A stretch of DNA of 64,000 nucleotides, taken from contig JBFWKW010000002.1 in NCBI GenBank assembly GCA_050252455.1, positions 129,421 to 193,420 of the forward strand. The letters are read 5' to 3'. The notes under the pieces were generated by a model. It worked only from the letters and a program-made list of their open reading frames with translations. It had not been told where the DNA came from and did not search any database. The stretch's first letter is position 1. Every line of letters begins with the position of its first letter. Of this stretch, positions 60,542-64,000 are shown in pieces. The stretch comes from Campylobacterales bacterium. Lineage in GTDB: Bacteria > Campylobacterota > Campylobacteria > Campylobacterales > UBA6016. The position numbers were made by a program, and so were the translations under genes.

Positions 60542-61203
60542 TGCTTTACATCCCGATGTACCACCGAGCTAGCGAGCAGAAACGAGGCAATTCAAGAGAG
60601 ACGCTAAAAAGACATTTTGAATATTATGCGGAAAATTTTTGTTCCGTGTTGCCGACGGACGAGCTGTGTGACAACAAACAAAATGTGTGCATCACATTTG
60701 ACGACGGTTACAAGGACTTTGGCGAAATCGTACTTCCCTTGCTTAAAGAGTTTGAGCTAAAAGCGATTCTATCAATATCCCCGAAACTTATAGACGACGA
60801 TAAAGACGGCAAATATATGGGCTGGAGCGAGCTGCACGAGGCTAGGAGTTATAAAAATCTAGAAATAGCCGTACAGGGGCTAACCCATACCGTAATAGCC
60901 GACAGAGAACACGCAAAATATGAGGCACAAGAGGCAAAAAAGATTATAGAAGACAAACTTGCATATACGCCTCGCTCCTTTGTATACCCGTACGGCAAAT
61001 TCACGATTGAGGCCCACAAAGAGATTAAAAAAGAGTATGAATTCGTATTTCGGATAGGCGGGGCAGTCAACGTCGGCTGGGGGCAAAATATGTTTTACAG
61101 ATTTTCTGCAGACAACATAGATGAGCCGAGCAGTATGTTTACGAAGTTAAAAAAAGTTACCCTACTAGCCAAAATGTATATCAATCTACACCGTGGATTA
61201 TAA
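60541..61203 (+). CDS. Polysaccharide deacetylase family protein (CE4) with an altered metal motif
   Basis: PMYH, ITFDDG, QGLTH in place of HxxxH, YPYG. Confidence 0.78.
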   Translation: MLYIPMYHRASEQKRGNSRETLKRHFEYYAENFCSVLPTDELCDNKQNVCITFDDGYKDFGEIVLPLLKEFELKAILSISPKLIDDDKDGKYMGWSELHEARSYKNLEIAVQGLTHTVIADREHAKYEAQEAKKIIEDKLAYTPRSFVYPYGKFTIEAHKEIKKEYEFVFRIGGAVNVGWGQNMFYRFSADNIDEPSSMFTKLKKVTLLAKMYINLHRGL

Positions 61204-61240
61204 AAAAGACAAATATTAAGCAATATATTTGTAACTTTTT

Positions 61241-61249
61241 TGCTACTAT
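61241..61249 (+). promoter_or_regulatory. Extended -10 (TGcTACTAT) for the MCP gene
   Basis: Lies 30 nt upstream of ATG 61280, with an AAAGG SD in between. Confidence 0.5.
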
Positions 61250-61279
61250 ATTTTAAAAATACCCGCTAAAAGGCTTTAA

Positions 61280-62911
61280 ATGTACGATAGGTATTCGGTC
61301 CAAAAGATAGTTTTTGCACTTACGATGCTTGTAAATATTTTGATTACCGTATTTTTGGACGGCTACTACTACATCAGCAGTAAAGAAAATTTGACCGTAC
61401 AGATAGACGACAAGTTGAAAACCGTGGCTATGAGCGTAAAGCCAATGATGGATACCTATAACGAAGAGATAAACGGAACAGGCTCTATCACCCCTGCTAG
61501 ATATATGGAAATACTCAAAAATCTAAGCCACTACACAGACTCTATCGGAGTGGAATATGTTTATTCATTGGTGCAGCAGGACGGTAAAATATATTTTAGC
61601 ACCTCATCTGCGACGGAAGAAGAGATAAAAAAAGAGAGCTATAGCAAGTTCTACGAGGAATACAAAGATGCCAGCGACGGTCTAAAAGAGGCGTTTAAAA
61701 CCAAAAAACCTCAATTTGATGAATATTCCGACGAGTGGGGCAGTCATCGCTCGTATTTTGTACCGTTCAAAACGGCTAGCGGCAAAGAATACGTAGTAGG
61801 CATAGACGTATCGCTCCAAAGTATTAGCGATGCACTCAACACGCTACTTTTGGACGCTTTAATAGTCGGTGCCATAGTCAACATAATTACGGTTATTATC
61901 GCCTACCTTCTGTTCAAGCCTTTTGTTATGAGAATAGGAAGCTTTACCGGCAAAATCAAAAATGCAAGCGATAACAAAGATTTGACGGAAGCTTTTGAGG
62001 CCAAAGGGGATAGCGAGTTGTCATCCATGACAAGGGCTCTTGGAACGCTGTTTGGTAGCTTTAAGGGTGCTCTTGAGGGGGCAAAAAATACTCTTCTTAG
62101 CGCGAAAGACGTATCAAAAAAACTTGACACAAGCTCAGAGAATATCATAGCCGCAATAGACAAAGAGGCAAAGATAGTAGAGGATGCAAGCCAAAAGAGC
62201 AAAGAGGTAAAAGATAGCGTCCATAGCGCAGCAAGAGAGCTTGAGGAGTCGGCCAAAAACCTCAAAGAGACATCAAAAAGCGTCGCTCAAATACACGACA
62301 AACTATCAGATTTTACAAAACTGATTCATGAGAGCGCAGAGACGGAGAGGGAGCTAGCGACAAAGCTAGCGGGCATGGCACATGACGCCGAGGCAGTCAA
62401 GACGGTGGTATCGGTCATATCCGATATCGCAGACCAGACAAACCTTCTTGCCCTCAACGCGGCAATAGAGGCAGCAAGAGCCGGGGAACACGGCAGAGGC
62501 TTCGCCGTAGTTGCCGACGAAGTGCGCAAGCTAGCAGAGAGAACGCAAAAAAGCCTTGTAGAAATCAACTCTACCATCATGGTAATATCCCAATCAATCG
62601 TAGACGCAAGTGAACAGATAGACAAAAATGCACAGGCAATAGAGGGGTTGAGCGGTTTTGCCCACACCCTTGAAGAGACGATGGAAGATTCATCAAAAAG
62701 CATGCAATCCGTCATCAGCGGCGCCGACAATAATTTGGCTATGTCGTCAAAAACAATCAAAGCGGTCGATTACATTGTGGATGAAATATCAAAAATAGAA
62801 GAGTTGTCTAAAAACAATACGGCTCACGCAAAATCGGTGGCTACGCTAGCCGAGGAGCTACTGCGAGACATGAACGCACTTGACAACAACCTAAGAGAGT
62901 TTAAGCTCTAA
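61280..62911 (+). CDS. Methyl-accepting chemotaxis protein
   Basis: Two TM segments flanking a periplasmic sensor, plus the signalling hairpin [38 protein letters not shown]. Confidence 0.95.
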   Translation: MYDRYSVQKIVFALTMLVNILITVFLDGYYYISSKENLTVQIDDKLKTVAMSVKPMMDTYNEEINGTGSITPARYMEILKNLSHYTDSIGVEYVYSLVQQDGKIYFSTSSATEEEIKKESYSKFYEEYKDASDGLKEAFKTKKPQFDEYSDEWGSHRSYFVPFKTASGKEYVVGIDVSLQSISDALNTLLLDALIVGAIVNIITVIIAYLLFKPFVMRIGSFTGKIKNASDNKDLTEAFEAKGDSELSSMTRALGTLFGSFKGALEGAKNTLLSAKDVSKKLDTSSENIIAAIDKEAKIVEDASQKSKEVKDSVHSAARELEESAKNLKETSKSVAQIHDKLSDFTKLIHESAETERELATKLAGMAHDAEAVKTVVSVISDIADQTNLLALNAAIEAARAGEHGRGFAVVADEVRKLAERTQKSLVEINSTIMVISQSIVDASEQIDKNAQAIEGLSGFAHTLEETMEDSSKSMQSVISGADNNLAMSSKTIKAVDYIVDEISKIEELSKNNTAHAKSVATLAEELLRDMNALDNNLREFKL

Positions 62912-63974
62912 GCCTGGCTCTTATCTCCTCTTTTACCGCCTCAAGCGGATATTCGAGGAGACACTTGCTTTTCTTACTTCCGTCACACCCGTCGCGACCG
63001 CACGGGGCACAACTCCACTCTACCTGAAACATCGTATGCTTGCCCATTCTTTGAACACCGTTTCTAGCCGTATACGTACACTCTTTGGCGTCATTATCCC
63101 ATGCGCCCCAGTTAAATACACCGGATGGCCCAAAAACAGCCACGCAAGGGGTGTTTTGGCTGGCAGCTATATGCATCGCCGCCGTGTCTGCACCAAAAAA
63201 GAGTTTTGCTTTTTTGCTTAATGCCGCCAGCTGTTTTAGCGTTAGCTTGCCCGCAAGGTTTAGCGGGGTACTTTTGCAAAGCGAGAGTATGTCACCTACC
63301 ATTTTGAGTTCTTTGTTATCGGGTGCTGCAGTTATGACGACCTTTACGCCGAGGCTCTCCACAAAGTCTATAATCTCAGCGTTTTGAGCAGGCGAGAGGC
63401 ATTTGAAAAACCATCTTGAGGCAGGATGAACATGGACAAACTCTTTTGCCCCCCCAAGCAGTTCATCCACCTTTTGCAAGTCACTTGGTGCAAAAAAAAG
63501 CTCCACCTCTTTGTGACGAGGCTCCAGTCCAAAAGCCCTCAGTGCATCGAGATTCGCATCAACTAGATGTCGGCTGACGAGCTTGTACGGATGCGTATAC
63601 GGGCAAAACTTCGCAAATATCCCTTTTTTCGCCGCCACGCCCACTCGCACCTTTGCCCCTGACACCAAGGCTGCATATCCGCCTCGCTCGCCCTCGGTGG
63701 TATTGATGACGATGTCGTAGCCTCTTTTTCGCACATCAGCATAAAGCGACAACTCATATTTTAGCCTCCCAAACACTCCGCTAGACTTCGCCTTTTTGCG
63801 GTCATAGACGAACACCTCGTCGATATTCGGATTTAGCGTCAGCATATCCTTTGACTCAGCATTTACAAGATAATCGACTATTGCGTCAGGATATGCCTCT
63901 TTGAGATTTTTGGCAAGCACTGCGGAAAGTAGCACGTCACCTATGTGACGGAATTTCATTACGAGGATTTTCAT
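62901..63974 (-). CDS. GT9 heptosyltransferase (RfaQ/WaaQ-like)
   Basis: [31 protein letters not shown]...WGAW, CAPC. Confidence 0.87.
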   Translation of the reverse strand: MKILVMKFRHIGDVLLSAVLAKNLKEAYPDAIVDYLVNAESKDMLTLNPNIDEVFVYDRKKAKSSGVFGRLKYELSLYADVRKRGYDIVINTTEGERGGYAALVSGAKVRVGVAAKKGIFAKFCPYTHPYKLVSRHLVDANLDALRAFGLEPRHKEVELFFAPSDLQKVDELLGGAKEFVHVHPASRWFFKCLSPAQNAEIIDFVESLGVKVVITAAPDNKELKMVGDILSLCKSTPLNLAGKLTLKQLAALSKKAKLFFGADTAAMHIAASQNTPCVAVFGPSGVFNWGAWDNDAKECTYTARNGVQRMGKHTMFQVEWSCAPCGRDGCDGSKKSKCLLEYPLEAVKEEIRARLRA

Positions 63975-64000
63975 CCGTAAATCTCTTCATATCTATTTTT
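63971..64000 (-). CDS. 3' end of an upstream gene, possibly LpxL/HtrB lipid A acyltransferase
   Basis: Reads KNRYEEIYG* with an ATGA overlap into the GT9 start. This resembles the end of Campylobacterota HtrB proteins and fits waaC-htrB synteny, but only 9 residues are visible. Confidence 0.3.
   Translation of the reverse strand, partial: KNRYEEIYG

Noticed and set aside
1-64000. CRISPR arrays, IS elements or transposases, integrases, tRNA/rRNA genes
   Set aside because: Intergenic gaps are all about 100 nt or less, and I saw no regular repeat-spacer pattern, transposase ORF or RNA-gene signature. This was by eye only; tRNAscan-SE or Infernal would be needed to be sure.

Overview
Bacterial chromosomal segment, very probably Campylobacterota (epsilon-proteobacterial). 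The ccoI-ccoS ... gmhB-hldD-hldE-gmhA / waaF order matches the C. jejuni LOS neighbourhood, and many starts are TTG/GTG with extended -10 promoters. It has three blocks. (1) 1-33832 is one AT-rich, minus-strand, tightly coupled surface-glycan (O-antigen-like) cluster running off the left edge. It encodes a PglK/Wzk-like ABC flippase; an atypical ulosonic-acid module (HAD phosphatase, CBS-fused NDP-sugar dehydrogenase, Nudix-like protein, SAF-less NeuB, CmoA-like and Zn-ribbon methyltransferases, NeuA, GT2-KpsS/KpsC-like fusion); a CDP-C-methyl branched-sugar module; an MBOAT/SGNH O-acetylation pair with the MBOAT frameshifted at a short CT tract; a Gmd2/cupin/perosamine-synthase/N-methyltransferase module; glycosyltransferases; a Wzy/ligase-family protein; gmd-fcl-manC; wecA; and the start of wzx. 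(2) 33934-42724 holds ccoI-ccoS, an HD-GYP plus REC-PAS-degenerate GGDEF pair, and the ADP-heptose operon with a cytochrome c gene between hldE and gmhA. (3) 42730-64000 is the LPS/LOS core region: waaF, waaL, ugd, a TviB-like dehydrogenase, galE, uxs, five GT9 proteins in total, GT4s, GT2, an inverted alpha-1,2-fucosyltransferase, two polysaccharide deacetylases and an MCP. I saw no rRNA, tRNA, CRISPR array or transposase. All calls come from motif and family recognition by eye; no database searches were run. Several starts were moved from the supplied ORF track to better-supported codons.
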